DNA from: Obrimoposthia wandeli
Taxonomy: Eukaryota
Reading direction: 5' to 3'
Length of the DNA: 64,000 nucleotides
Assembly (NCBI GenBank): GCA_977020255.1
Contig: CDROCS010005599.1
Span: 1-64,000, forward strand
The notes beneath the pieces were generated by a model. It was not told where the DNA came from and made no database searches. It was given only the letters and a program-made list of their open reading frames with translations. Below, piece by piece: positions 19,799 through 29,843 of the stretch. Positions within the stretch are counted from its first letter, which is position 1. The number at the start of each line of letters is the position of its first letter. A program made the translations under genes and the position numbers.

Positions 19799-20707
19799 TT
19801 AAAGATCGAGCGCCTGCATTTTTTGTTTAATAGCGGCTATGCTGAATTTCACGGCCAACGGTGGGTTACGTTGGAAGGCATGCAGTGCGTAAACGGGATT
19901 CGGCGCTAGTTTAAATGCATGACTTAAATTGATCAGTTCCTGTTGGTGAGGATTGAGCATAAAGCAGGGAATTAAACCCATACCCGCGCCTTGTGTGATC
20001 ATCGCGAGCACCGCATTGATCGAATTGGCGAAACGATTAGCGTTTAAGGTGAGTTGTATTATCTCGCCGTTGTCATGCGTTAGGGTGTGTGAAATATGGC
20101 GCCCCTGCCAACTGTTGGCGATATAGTCGCACTGGCTCAATTGAGAGGGCTCTGCTATTAGCTGTTCAGCGCAGAGGCCGCGAGCGGTTAAGTATTGCTG
20201 GCTGACACAGAGTTGGTCAGAGAAACTGCCAATCTTTTGCTGTCGATACTCACTGTCTTTTAATGTGCCCACTCGAATAGCCAAGTCAATCTTTTGCTCG
20301 ATCAGATCCACTCGCTCTTCCTGCGCTTGGATAAAGGGAGTTATACGCGGATGCTCGGCCACAAGTGCGCCGATAGCGGGAGCAACGATATGATCAATTA
20401 AGGCGTGAGGTGCGCTGATTGTTAATTGCCCCATCGCCTGTTGCTGAGCTTCGCGAGCTTCACTCCATGCCTGTTTATTCAGTGCGTCGATCTGTTGGCA
20501 TTGTTGATAGAAAGTACGCCCGGCAGGCGTTAACACTTGTCGGCGAGTGGTACGGCTGAGTAATTGGACTTGTAATGCTTGTTCAAGGGCATGTAGTTGC
20601 TGGCTAACGACAGATTTTGACAGCGCCAATTGAGTGGCGGCTGCACTGATAGAACCTGCATCAACAACGGCGTTGAATACCATCATGTGGCGTAAATATT
20701 TCATCAT
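19799..20707 (-). CDS. LysR family regulator
   Basis: GSISAAATQLALSKSVVSQQL HTH; IDLAIRVG. Confidence 0.93.
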   Translation of the reverse strand: MMKYLRHMMVFNAVVDAGSISAAATQLALSKSVVSQQLHALEQALQVQLLSRTTRRQVLTPAGRTFYQQCQQIDALNKQAWSEAREAQQQAMGQLTISAPHALIDHIVAPAIGALVAEHPRITPFIQAQEERVDLIEQKIDLAIRVGTLKDSEYRQQKIGSFSDQLCVSQQYLTARGLCAEQLIAEPSQLSQCDYIANSWQGRHISHTLTHDNGEIIQLTLNANRFANSINAVLAMITQGAGMGLIPCFMLNPHQQELINLSHAFKLAPNPVYALHAFQRNPPLAVKFSIAAIKQKMQALDL

Positions 20708-20809
20708 AATGTTCGTAATTATAGAACAGTCTTTATGGTTTTGATCTGTTTTTCTTTAATAATAACTACTTTATTCTAGAGTCATTCTCACACCTAGAAG
20801 GAAAAAATC

Positions 20810-21187
20810 ATGAGCGATGTAAACAACGAAGTAGTAATGACAGCGGTTAAACAGGCGAGTGCAAGCTGGAAAGATGCGTTTAACTCAGGGAATGCAGCAG
20901 GTTGTGCTGCACAGTACGAGGCGAATGCTGTAATGCATGCTCGCCCTTTTGGCACCTTTACTGGCACCGCCGAGATCACTGCTTTCTGGCAGCAATTGAT
21001 AGAAGGTGGTTACACTGATGTCGAGTACATTGAGCCTAAATTTACCGTAGTCGATGATCAGAGTGTGCTGTTGACTTCAGGCTGGAAAATGAACAAGGCC
21101 GCCGGTGTGATTCACCGCGAGCTATGGGTATTACAAGATGATGGCAGTGCCCAATTGCGTGAAGATGATTTTGAAGCGATCAGTTAG
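20810..21187 (+). CDS. NTF2/SnoaL-like protein (YybH-like)
   Basis: WKDAFNSGNAAGCAAQY...G..EI..FW..L pattern; divergent from a LysR gene. Confidence 0.75.
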   Translation: MSDVNNEVVMTAVKQASASWKDAFNSGNAAGCAAQYEANAVMHARPFGTFTGTAEITAFWQQLIEGGYTDVEYIEPKFTVVDDQSVLLTSGWKMNKAAGVIHRELWVLQDDGSAQLREDDFEAIS

Positions 21188-21385
21188 CAAATCAAGCTTT
21201 ATGCCGCTAAAAGGAGACTAACAAAAATGCGTATTCAGCTGTCGATTAATTGACTTCATAAGTTAAAGAATAATGCTGCAACCTTTTGATATTAATATAC
21301 TAAAATATTTTATTTTCGATATACTCGACGCGCTTTTCTGTCGTTTAGATAGGGATTGGAATAATTTAATAATCAAGGATGTTAC

Positions 21386-21904
21386 ATGAAAAAATTAATC
21401 ATTAGCGGCGCTGTTTACGCTTTACTGAGTTCTCCTCTAGTACTAGCCGCTGAAGATCATGGAGTTTACGTGGGCGCCTCAGTCGGGCGTATGTCAATAG
21501 ATTTTGACGAAGCAAGTGTTAGCGATAAAACAACTAATGCTAGTAAACTATTTTTGGGTTATAACTTTAATCCATATTTTGCGCTAGAAGGTTCTTATTA
21601 CGATACATCTTCCTATAAACTCAATAATGATACCACCGCTGAAATCAGTGGATTTTCTGTGGCAGTATTAGCAGGTTACCCAATAAGCGAACACGCTAAA
21701 GTGTTTGCCAAGTTAGGTTATATAGATGGTAAAAGTGAGTGGGAAGACTCTTCAGTAAAAGGCACTTTGGATAGAAACTCAGTACTCTACGGTATAGGCG
21801 CTAGCTATAGCTTTGGAGACTTTGCAGTTCGTGCGGAGTACGAACGAGCGAAAGATGAAGATGCTTTGGATATATATACATTAGGTCTACAGTACAGTTT
21901 CTAA
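21386..21904 (+). CDS. Outer-membrane beta-barrel protein (OmpA-like transmembrane domain)
   Basis: Signal peptide, GYNFNPYFALEG, alternating strands, C-terminal LGLQYSF. Confidence 0.88.
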   Translation: MKKLIISGAVYALLSSPLVLAAEDHGVYVGASVGRMSIDFDEASVSDKTTNASKLFLGYNFNPYFALEGSYYDTSSYKLNNDTTAEISGFSVAVLAGYPISEHAKVFAKLGYIDGKSEWEDSSVKGTLDRNSVLYGIGASYSFGDFAVRAEYERAKDEDALDIYTLGLQYSF

Positions 21905-21972
21905 AGCGTAAAATAGCGAGCTATCTATTGATAGAAGGCTCGCCTATAGCGGTGCACTGCACCGCATTCATG

Positions 21973-23631
21973 TTAAGCGCTCTGTTGTGTATTGGTAGTG
22001 ACAACGGGATCTTTGGCCGCGCGGCGCAAATCATTGATCAGTGCCTTGAGCAGCGAGATGGTCATCAGTGCCATGATGATAGAGAAAGGAACCGCGGCGA
22101 TAATCATCGCTGACTTAATGGCCCCTAACCCCCCTGCGATTAACAACACGGCGATAACCGCAGTGAACATCACACCCCAAATCACGATATGTGTTTTACT
22201 GCGATTGGGCAGTACACCAACCGAATTGATAGTGTTGACACATAAAATGGCCGAATCCGCAGAAGTCACCAAGAAAGTGGTGAGTAGGACTAATACGATT
22301 AAGGTCAGAATTGGGTAAATAGCGTCGGATACTAATAACTTAAGCATCATGAACAGTTGCGCTTCTTGGCCTGCGCCACTGATAGTGCCCGCAGCCTGTC
22401 CGCTTAGTTCTAGGTCAATAGCAGTACCACCTAGTACAGCGAACCAAATACAAGAGACGATGGTAGGTGCTAGCATTGCACCAACAATGAATTCACGAAT
22501 AGTACGTCCCTTTGAGATACGCGCTAAGAACAAGCCGACAAAAGGAGCAAAGGCAATCCACCACGCCCAGATAAACACAGTCCACCAACCTGATTGCCAA
22601 GAATTTAAGGCGTTAGCAGTGGGCTCGTCGCTGGCAGACCAATAAGTAAATAACTGGGTGGGTAGTTCAGCCAGATAAAGCAGCATACCCTCCAAGAACG
22701 CATTGAAAGCCAGTGCTGTGGCACCGAAAATTAGCACGAAGGCGATCAGAGCAACAGAGAGCACCATATTGATATTGGATAGCCACTTAATCCCTTTACC
22801 CACACCCGACATCGCTGAAATAATGGATAGTCCCATTACAATGACCAGCGCGAAAATCATGCCGATAGTCGAAGGTGATTTATCTGCGTTGAGTAGCCAT
22901 TCAAAGCCAAATACTTCGTAAATTCCCGAAGCGTACTGGCTGACGCCAAAGCCAACGGTGACAGCGACACCCAGTACCGTCGCAATAACCGCCGAAATAT
23001 CGACGATATGACCCAGGGGTCCCTCAAGCGCGCGACCGAATAAAGGTGTTAGCGCTGAGCGAATAGTCAGTGGTAGGCCGCGGTTGTAACTGAAAAAAGC
23101 CAGGCAAACACCGATCAATGCGTAGCAACCCCAAGCACTTAGGCCCCAGTGAAAGAAGGCCCACTTCATTGATGGCAGTACGTTACTCGCCGTGCCAGCA
23201 GTTGCCAAACCACGAATGGTATCCGGGTTATTGGCAAAGTGATAAAGAGGCTCTGCGGTGGCGTAAGTCATCATGCCAATGCCGATACCAGCACCGAACA
23301 TCATCGAGACCCAAGAGAAATAAGAGAACTCTGGTTTATCATCCACTTGACCCAGTTTGACACGTCCCAAACTCGGTACCAGCGCCAGTATGAAACACAC
23401 CAGTACAAATAGGCCCATGACATAAATGTACCAGGCACCTAAGTTGGTGAATGACCAGTTTTTGATAGCACTAAGCACATTGCCAGCACCTTCAGGATTC
23501 ATCGCCGCCCAAATGACCAGCAAGATAACCAGTATCTTGGCGCCCAGAGTAACGAATTGGTTAAAACCTTGGTAGAAACCGCTGGAGGAGGTTTCTACAT
23601 TGAGGTCAGTAATAGCTTTTTTTATTGTCAT
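21973..23631 (-). CDS. BCCT family transporter, probable trigonelline/betaine importer
   Basis: PEFSYFSWVSMMFGAGIGIG, HWGLSAW, WWTVFIWAWWIAFAPFVGLFLARISKGRTIREF, TSADS; last gene in the tgn direction. Confidence 0.93.
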   Translation of the reverse strand: MTIKKAITDLNVETSSSGFYQGFNQFVTLGAKILVILLVIWAAMNPEGAGNVLSAIKNWSFTNLGAWYIYVMGLFVLVCFILALVPSLGRVKLGQVDDKPEFSYFSWVSMMFGAGIGIGMMTYATAEPLYHFANNPDTIRGLATAGTASNVLPSMKWAFFHWGLSAWGCYALIGVCLAFFSYNRGLPLTIRSALTPLFGRALEGPLGHIVDISAVIATVLGVAVTVGFGVSQYASGIYEVFGFEWLLNADKSPSTIGMIFALVIVMGLSIISAMSGVGKGIKWLSNINMVLSVALIAFVLIFGATALAFNAFLEGMLLYLAELPTQLFTYWSASDEPTANALNSWQSGWWTVFIWAWWIAFAPFVGLFLARISKGRTIREFIVGAMLAPTIVSCIWFAVLGGTAIDLELSGQAAGTISGAGQEAQLFMMLKLLVSDAIYPILTLIVLVLLTTFLVTSADSAILCVNTINSVGVLPNRSKTHIVIWGVMFTAVIAVLLIAGGLGAIKSAMIIAAVPFSIIMALMTISLLKALINDLRRAAKDPVVTTNTQQSA

Positions 23632-23850
23632 AACACTTCCATGATTGAAAAAATCCCAATATTTATGCCGCTACTGCATCTCGATACGAGAGGTAAGCCA
23701 GCGCTAGCTAAATTTTGGACGAGCGAATACCTACTCAGAAAATTGAGCAAAAAGTATTCAGGTTAATGTGAGAGGGAATCCTCTCGGGGAGTCACCCGTC
23801 TATTCGAGCAGTCGTGGTCATGACGGCGGCTCGAACGGGTGATTTACTAC

Positions 23851-25341
23851 TTATCTGATCACAAAAGGATTACTCATAGGTTCAGATGAGGTATTAATCC
23901 ACGTGGTTTTAGTGCGGATGTAATCTTGGATGCCCTGTAATCCCGCTTCACGGCCGTAACCAGACTGGTTTATGCCGCCAAATGGGGCGATAGGAGAGGT
24001 GACACGATAGGTATTAACCCAGCAGATACCGGCGTTTATTTTGCTAGAAACGCGATGGGCACGAGCAATGTTTTGGGTGAAGACACCCGAGCCCAAACCG
24101 TAGATGCTGTCGTTAGCCATCTCAATAGCTTCGTCTTCAGTATCAAAAGTGACAATCGACATCACGGGGCCAAACATTTCTTGCTTGAGGGTTTCAATCT
24201 GGTGATTTGGGCATTCAACCATGGTCGGTTCAAAGTAGTTTTGCGAACCGAACTGGGGTGCGCGCTTACCGCCAAAACGAATAGTCGCGCCCTGCTCAAT
24301 GGATGTAGCCAACGTGCGCTCGATACATTCAACTTGGGCTACGGTACATAGTGGGCCGATGTGGGTCGCGCTATCTTGCGGGTCCCCGATAACAATATGC
24401 TTGGCTTTTTCTTCGATCAATGCAGTGATTTTAGCGACGACAGAGCGCTGGATGAAAGCGCGAGAACCAGCGACACAAGACTGACCAGAGGCACCAAAGT
24501 TACCCGCGATCAACGCATTGGCTGCACTTTCTAAATCGGCATCTTCAAACACGATCATCGGTGATTTACCACCGAGCTCTAGTGAGGTCACCGCGAAGTT
24601 TTCCGCAGTGTTACGGATCACGTGTTTAGCGGTTTCTGGACCACCGGTAAAGGCTAGGCGGTCAATATCAGGATGGGAAGTCAGTGGGATAGCACAGTTT
24701 TGTGCATCGCCGCTGATGATCGAGACGACCCCATCGGGGATTCCCGCTTGCTGAATCAATTTACCGAGTTCGAACATCGGTGCCGGTGCTTGCTCAGACG
24801 CTTTAAGGACGACCGTACAACCTGCTGCTAGGGCAGGGCCTAGCTTAGAGGCCGTGAGGAACATCTGTGCGTTCCAGGGAACAACAGCGGCAACTACGCC
24901 AATAGGCACAGGGGTGGTGAAGACGTGCATATCAGGTTTATCAATAGGCAGTACAGCGCCTTCAACTTTATCGGCAAGACCTGCATAGTAGCGATAATAG
25001 CTGGCAACATAGCGCGACTGACTCACTGTTTCTGCCGCGAGTTTACCGCTGTCAGTTGTTTCTATTTCACCGAGCGTTGCTGCGTTTGCTTCAACTAAAT
25101 CAGCCAATTTGTAGAGTAGTGCACCACGCTGGGTTGCATTCATTGCCGCCCACGGGCCTTTATTTAAATTGCGACGTGCCGCTTTGACTGCACGATCTAC
25201 GTCGTCTTTACTGGCGCAGGCAAAGGTAGCCCACTGTTCGCCGTTAGCTGGGTTTTCACTGCCCATAATTTGCTTTTCACTGCCCTCGACCCACTGGCCA
25301 TCGATCAGCAATTGAAAGTGAGGTAAGTTTTTATTTGTCAT
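23851..25341 (-). CDS. tgnC: Aldehyde dehydrogenase, TgnC-like (trigonelline pathway)
   Basis: FTGG, LELGGKSP, GQSCVAGSR, EMFGPV; context in the tgn cluster. Confidence 0.8.
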   Translation of the reverse strand: MTNKNLPHFQLLIDGQWVEGSEKQIMGSENPANGEQWATFACASKDDVDRAVKAARRNLNKGPWAAMNATQRGALLYKLADLVEANAATLGEIETTDSGKLAAETVSQSRYVASYYRYYAGLADKVEGAVLPIDKPDMHVFTTPVPIGVVAAVVPWNAQMFLTASKLGPALAAGCTVVLKASEQAPAPMFELGKLIQQAGIPDGVVSIISGDAQNCAIPLTSHPDIDRLAFTGGPETAKHVIRNTAENFAVTSLELGGKSPMIVFEDADLESAANALIAGNFGASGQSCVAGSRAFIQRSVVAKITALIEEKAKHIVIGDPQDSATHIGPLCTVAQVECIERTLATSIEQGATIRFGGKRAPQFGSQNYFEPTMVECPNHQIETLKQEMFGPVMSIVTFDTEDEAIEMANDSIYGLGSGVFTQNIARAHRVSSKINAGICWVNTYRVTSPIAPFGGINQSGYGREAGLQGIQDYIRTKTTWINTSSEPMSNPFVIR

Positions 25342-25417
25342 TGTCGTTACTCTCTAATTGTTAGTCTTACAGGGCGATATGAATCTCTGGGTACCTTGTA
25401 AAACACGGTATTCTTAA

Positions 25418-26452
25418 TCAGCTAAAGGCCGGCATTACTTCGTCGATAAAGCGCTTGAGCGACGTCTCTTTTTGCTCGCGATTCATTCCCGAATCACTCC
25501 AGTAAGAGAATTCGTCATAACCTAAATCCTGATAGTGCTTCAAGCGGTCAATAATCTGCTTGGATGTACCAATCATCAAGTCTTTGCGTATTTTATCGGC
25601 ACTGTAGAACGGGTGCGCAGCAACTTCTTCAGGGCTCAAGCGTTTAATTAAACCTTGATCGACTTCGCGCTCATTTTTAAACCAAGCGCCGAAATAGCAA
25701 TAGAATTCGTTTAACTGCTTGGCGGCAAGGGCCAATTCAGCTTCGTCTTTACCGACATAAGCGTGTTGTAAGATCATGATCTTAGGACGCTTTTTATGTG
25801 TTTCACAAGCTTGGTCAAATTTTTCGATTAAGCTCTCTACTTCTTCTAACCCTTGCCATAACGGTGTCACTTGGACATTACAGTCGTTTTCAACAGCAAA
25901 TTCATGGCTGTTAATATCGCGTGCAGCAACCCAAATAGGAGGACCTGTAGGGGTAGTGGGTTTTGGTGAAGAGCTAGTTTTAGGGAACTGGTAGTACTTA
26001 CTATCTTGCGTGTGGTTACCTGCCCATAGGCCTTTGATAGCGGGGATTATTTCACGTAAACGCTCACCTGCCTCCCACGCATCCATACCGCCTTGCATCA
26101 TTCGCTCGTATTCAAAAGAATATGCGCCGCGTGCAATACCCAGCTCTAGTCGTCCTTGAGTGATGATGTCAGTCATCGCCGCTTCACCGGCCAGTTTGAT
26201 GGGATTCCAAAAGGGAGCGACAATAGTGCCAGTGCCCAAGCGCGCATTTTTGGTGCGGTGCGCTAGATCAATCAAATTGAGGAAGGGGTTGGGGGCAATG
26301 GTAAAGTTCATACCGTGATGCTCACCGGTCCAAATGGTACACATGCCACCCTTATCCGCCATGTCGCAGAGCGATAAAAATTCTTGATAGAGATCAGTTT
26401 GGGTTTGCTCGTCGCTAACGCGTTCCATATGAGCAAATAGAGAAAATTTCAT
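25418..26452 (-). CDS. tgnB: Luciferase-like FMNH2-dependent monooxygenase TgnB (trigonelline ring cleavage)
   Basis: MKFSLFAHMERVSD...WTGEHHGMNFTIAPNPF...IARGAYSFEYERM...FGAWFKNERE closely matches my recollection of Acinetobacter baylyi TgnB. Confidence 0.88.
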   Translation of the reverse strand: MKFSLFAHMERVSDEQTQTDLYQEFLSLCDMADKGGMCTIWTGEHHGMNFTIAPNPFLNLIDLAHRTKNARLGTGTIVAPFWNPIKLAGEAAMTDIITQGRLELGIARGAYSFEYERMMQGGMDAWEAGERLREIIPAIKGLWAGNHTQDSKYYQFPKTSSSPKPTTPTGPPIWVAARDINSHEFAVENDCNVQVTPLWQGLEEVESLIEKFDQACETHKKRPKIMILQHAYVGKDEAELALAAKQLNEFYCYFGAWFKNEREVDQGLIKRLSPEEVAAHPFYSADKIRKDLMIGTSKQIIDRLKHYQDLGYDEFSYWSDSGMNREQKETSLKRFIDEVMPAFS

Positions 26453-26604
26453 CGTAGAGTTCTCCAGTGTTTATCGTCAGAGAGGGAACACATCCCAGCG
26501 TTTACGTTAGCCATGTCGCAGAGCGATAAAAATTCTTGGTAGAGGTTAACTTGAGCTTGCTCGTCGCTAACTCGTGCTATATGAGCAAATAGAGAAAATT
26601 TCAT
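26449..26604 (-). repeat. Diverged 152-bp-period tandem duplicate of the tgnB 5' end, forming a 51-aa ORF
   Basis: Translates as MKFSLFAHIARVSDEQAQVNLYQEFLSLCDMANVNAGMCSLSDDKHWRTLR*; has a GAGGAG RBS; its TGA overlaps the tgnB ATG. Confidence 0.9.
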
Positions 26605-26615
26605 GTCATCGCTCC

Positions 26616-27521
26616 TCAGTGAATATCGCCAGTTTGGTTGTCGCCGACGTAAACGCGGAACACACCATTTTGTTTTTCCATCGCGTAGCGCTGCATCATG
26701 CTTTGAATATCGCTAGTGGCAAAATCTAATGCCGCTAATTGATCGATTGTGATGAATTCACCCAGCTCAGCATGTTTATCGCTGTTGGCGGTAGCGCGAT
26801 AAAAAGTGCTGAAGCGTTTATCCGCTAGATTTTCGTAGATTGAAAATACCGAGCCGATTTCTAAGGCGAGACCTTTATCGATGAAGTATTGGCGTACCGC
26901 TTCTAATGAACCTTGACCTACTTTGCTCTGTACTTGTGGCAAGGTGTAACCTTTATCACTCTTTTGCAGAAGTACACTGTCTTGGTACTCGATAATTGCG
27001 CCGACCATGCCCGCTTGTTTTTGGCTCAGCTCTTCAGCGCGATGCTCTAGCCCTAAACTAAAGTAGCCGCCTTTCGCGTAGCCCAACCCCAACTTATCAC
27101 TGGTATTGAAAGCCTTCACCTCACCGATCAGTACAATGTGATCACCGGCATCGACATTGTTGTGGGTCGAGCAGGAGAAATGCGCCACAGCACCGTCGAT
27201 CAAAGGCACACCATTTTCATCGCTGTGCCAATTGATATCGGCGAAGCGATCGCCTTTACCGCCGGCAAAGGTATTGGAAATATCCTGCTGATCTTCGGCT
27301 AGAACATTGACTGCAAAATGACTGCAGCTGTTGAAAATATCAAAGCTAGATAAATTCTTGGCAGGGCAGACCAACAGCAGAGCTGGATCGACAGAAACGG
27401 AGGTGAATGAATTGGCAGTAAAACCAATTTTTTCACCGCTCTTGCTGATGGCAGTCACCACAGTGACGCCCGTCATAAAAGAGCCGAAGGCGTTGCGTAA
27501 TTCTCGAGTATCAAAAGCCAT
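26616..27521 (-). CDS. tgnA: Flavin reductase TgnA-like with a C-terminal extension
   Basis: RNAFGSFMTGVTVVT, GFTANSFTSVS, AGDHIVLIG; adjacent to tgnB. Confidence 0.82.
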   Translation of the reverse strand: MAFDTRELRNAFGSFMTGVTVVTAISKSGEKIGFTANSFTSVSVDPALLLVCPAKNLSSFDIFNSCSHFAVNVLAEDQQDISNTFAGGKGDRFADINWHSDENGVPLIDGAVAHFSCSTHNNVDAGDHIVLIGEVKAFNTSDKLGLGYAKGGYFSLGLEHRAEELSQKQAGMVGAIIEYQDSVLLQKSDKGYTLPQVQSKVGQGSLEAVRQYFIDKGLALEIGSVFSIYENLADKRFSTFYRATANSDKHAELGEFITIDQLAALDFATSDIQSMMQRYAMEKQNGVFRVYVGDNQTGDIH

Positions 27522-27523
27522 GA

Positions 27524-28351
27524 CTAATTACCTATGTTTTCTTGTGTGCATTGTTTGGTGAAATCAAGCAGTAGTGCGTTGACCTCACTAGGATGTGTCA
27601 GTTGTACCATGTGACGTGAATTATCGATCACATGCGCGCTGCCTTTAGGCGTTAGCGCCGCCATCTGCTGCGACATCGAGGCAGATGAATTACTGTCCAT
27701 GTCGCCCGTAATAAAAGCGACGGGTACATTTATACGGGCTAATTCATTATCTAATGGCCCATCGTTGCGACTAAAGATTGCGTAAGCTTTAGCATAGCCT
27801 AATGCGGGAGCCGCACGCAGCCAGCTGGCACAAAGCTCGGCCATTTCCTTCTCAAACCCTTGTGGGGCTTCGCTAAACCAGCGGGCGATCGGTGTACTGA
27901 CTCGATCTAACTGCGGGTTGTCGAGCATGCTTTTAGCGCGCTGCTGCACGGAGTCGCGCGCTATATCTGTACGTCTGTAAACAGAATTGAGTGCCACAGC
28001 GCCACGACACCACTGTGGGTAGCGCACGGCAAATTGCAGCGCAATCATCGAACCCATAGAGTGGCCCATCATAATGACAGGAGCTTTAACGTCGCGCTCA
28101 ATCCACTGTGCGATGGTATCGACGTATTCGCTGAGACCTGCGTGCTCATCGGCAAGTAAATCGCTCTCGCCGTGACCTGGCATATCGATCGCGTACACGG
28201 TGTTGTCTTGGCTCAGCGCATCACTTTGATGTAACCAAGCTGCTGCGCATAAACCGACACCGTGCACGAGTACGATAGCGGGACCGCTACCGCACTTGCT
28301 ATAGGCCAGACCGCAGTTAGCTTTAAACTGCTGCTGGGTTTTCAACGTCAT
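27524..28351 (-). CDS. tgnD: Alpha/beta hydrolase, TgnD-like
   Basis: HGVG oxyanion motif, GHSMG nucleophile elbow, late Asp/His (GDMD, RHM). Confidence 0.78.
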   Translation of the reverse strand: MTLKTQQQFKANCGLAYSKCGSGPAIVLVHGVGLCAAAWLHQSDALSQDNTVYAIDMPGHGESDLLADEHAGLSEYVDTIAQWIERDVKAPVIMMGHSMGSMIALQFAVRYPQWCRGAVALNSVYRRTDIARDSVQQRAKSMLDNPQLDRVSTPIARWFSEAPQGFEKEMAELCASWLRAAPALGYAKAYAIFSRNDGPLDNELARINVPVAFITGDMDSNSSASMSQQMAALTPKGSAHVIDNSRHMVQLTHPSEVNALLLDFTKQCTQENIGN

Positions 28352-28922
28352 GACCCAACTCCTTTAGTTCTTGATAGCGATCGCCGATACGGTGATGCGG
28401 ACGTCCACCTGTTGCGCCACCCAATACAATAACGACTTCATCGGGACCCGGTGCATCGGCAATGTTGAACTGCAATGTCAGATAATGTGAGCGCTTGCCG
28501 CCATCATTCTTATCCATCATCGGCACCATGATAGTGGCGTTGGCTGGCCCACGGGTATTAGTGAATGAGAGGAATGATTTTGCTTCTACAGCTTCGCGGA
28601 AAATATTACCAAAGTGCAGTGTGTGAATCAGTGCAGAGGCGTGTTCAATCTCACCGTTCATACCGACAACTGCCGCTTTACCGAATGCTTCGATATTGAG
28701 AGCGCCACCGGCCATCTGGCTAATTTTATCCGTCAAGATTTGGCCGAGAATAGGACCAAAGGCCTTAATTTCAGGGCGCAAATCTTCGACATACTTACCC
28801 GCCCATGGATTAGTAACAACCGCTGCAACGGCAAACATGCGTACCGGTGTTGCTACTTCTTTGAAGCCTTCGATCAAAGTTTCTTCTTCATAACTAACGA
28901 TTTTTCTAATTTGTGGTTTCAT
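28323..28922 (-). CDS. tgnF: Amino-acid-synthesis family (DUF1185) protein, TgnF-like
   Basis: NPWAG, EAFGKAAVVGMNGEIEHASA, DAPGPDEVV..GGRPHHRIGDR motifs. Confidence 0.78.
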   Translation of the reverse strand: MKPQIRKIVSYEEETLIEGFKEVATPVRMFAVAAVVTNPWAGKYVEDLRPEIKAFGPILGQILTDKISQMAGGALNIEAFGKAAVVGMNGEIEHASALIHTLHFGNIFREAVEAKSFLSFTNTRGPANATIMVPMMDKNDGGKRSHYLTLQFNIADAPGPDEVVIVLGGATGGRPHHRIGDRYQELKELGHDVENPAAV

Positions 28923-28953
28923 TATATGCTCGCAATTTAATCAATAATCAATG

Positions 28954-28971
28954 TTGTATAATGGTATACAA
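28954..28971. promoter_or_regulatory. Candidate GntR (TgnR) operator
   Basis: Perfect inverted repeat TTGTATA-atgg-TATACAA in the divergent tgnF/tgnR promoter region. Confidence 0.6.
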
Positions 28972-29183
28972 TCATATAATCTTTCGATATGCAAACAAAA
29001 CGACAGTAAATAGAGTAAGATTTGGGGTCATTTATGTGGCTGAAAATAGCGTGGATCAATAACAATAAACCACGAACTGCACTGAGATATATGGCAGGTG
29101 ATTATTCACCCACTCGCGTTTATAGCGATATATTGATACTGCAGCGCCATTGCCTAGAACCTGAGCTGGAGTTAGCAATTATT

Positions 29184-29831
29184 ATGTTAAAGGTAGATAG
29201 ACCTAAGACACTGAAAGAGAATGCGTTGGAATCACTACGCGATGCGATCACTAAAGGATTATTAAAACCCGGAGAGCGTCTAGTAGAGCGCAGCTTGTGT
29301 GAATCGATGGCTGTGAGTCGCACAGTGGTACGTGAATGTATTCGTCACTTAGAGAGCGAGTGGTTGATTGTTGGTATTCCCAACTCGGGTTTTGCAGTGG
29401 CGACAATCAATAGTGAAGAAGTGACTGAAATTTACCAAATTCGCAGCATGTTAGAGTGCGCTGCGGTGCAAAGTTGTGCTTTAAAGTGTGATGAGAACAC
29501 CGTCAGTCAGTTGCGTGAATTGAGTGAAAAAATAGCGCAGTGTCTACAGCGAGAAGATGTGACACAAGCACTCAAATACACCACTGAGTTTTATCACCTT
29601 ATATTTACCACAGGAGGCAAAATAGTCTCCTGGGCGCTGGTTGAACGTTTGAATGGACGCATTTCACGCTTGCGCGCACTAACGTTGAGTTCAAGGGAGC
29701 GCAAGAGCAAGGGACCGGCAAATTTATCGAGCATCGTCGATGCTATTGAACAGCGTGACACTGAGCGCGCACAGGAAATTTGTGCCAGGCATTTAAACGA
29801 AGCGGCACAGATTGCACTACAACTAATTTAA
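29184..29831 (+). CDS. tgnR: GntR/FCD family regulator, TgnR-like
   Basis: LKPGERLVERSLCESMAVSRTVVRE wHTH plus FCD domain; GGAG RBS before the ATG at 29184 (the track start 29022 is probably too long). Confidence 0.85.
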   Translation: MLKVDRPKTLKENALESLRDAITKGLLKPGERLVERSLCESMAVSRTVVRECIRHLESEWLIVGIPNSGFAVATINSEEVTEIYQIRSMLECAAVQSCALKCDENTVSQLRELSEKIAQCLQREDVTQALKYTTEFYHLIFTTGGKIVSWALVERLNGRISRLRALTLSSRERKSKGPANLSSIVDAIEQRDTERAQEICARHLNEAAQIALQLI

Positions 29832-29843
29832 CGGAACACAGTG

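Noticed and set aside
29022-29183. Long N-terminal extension on the GntR regulator given by the ORF track
   Set aside because: A GGAG RBS precedes the ATG at 29184, where the GntR domain begins; the extension is probably untranslated leader.
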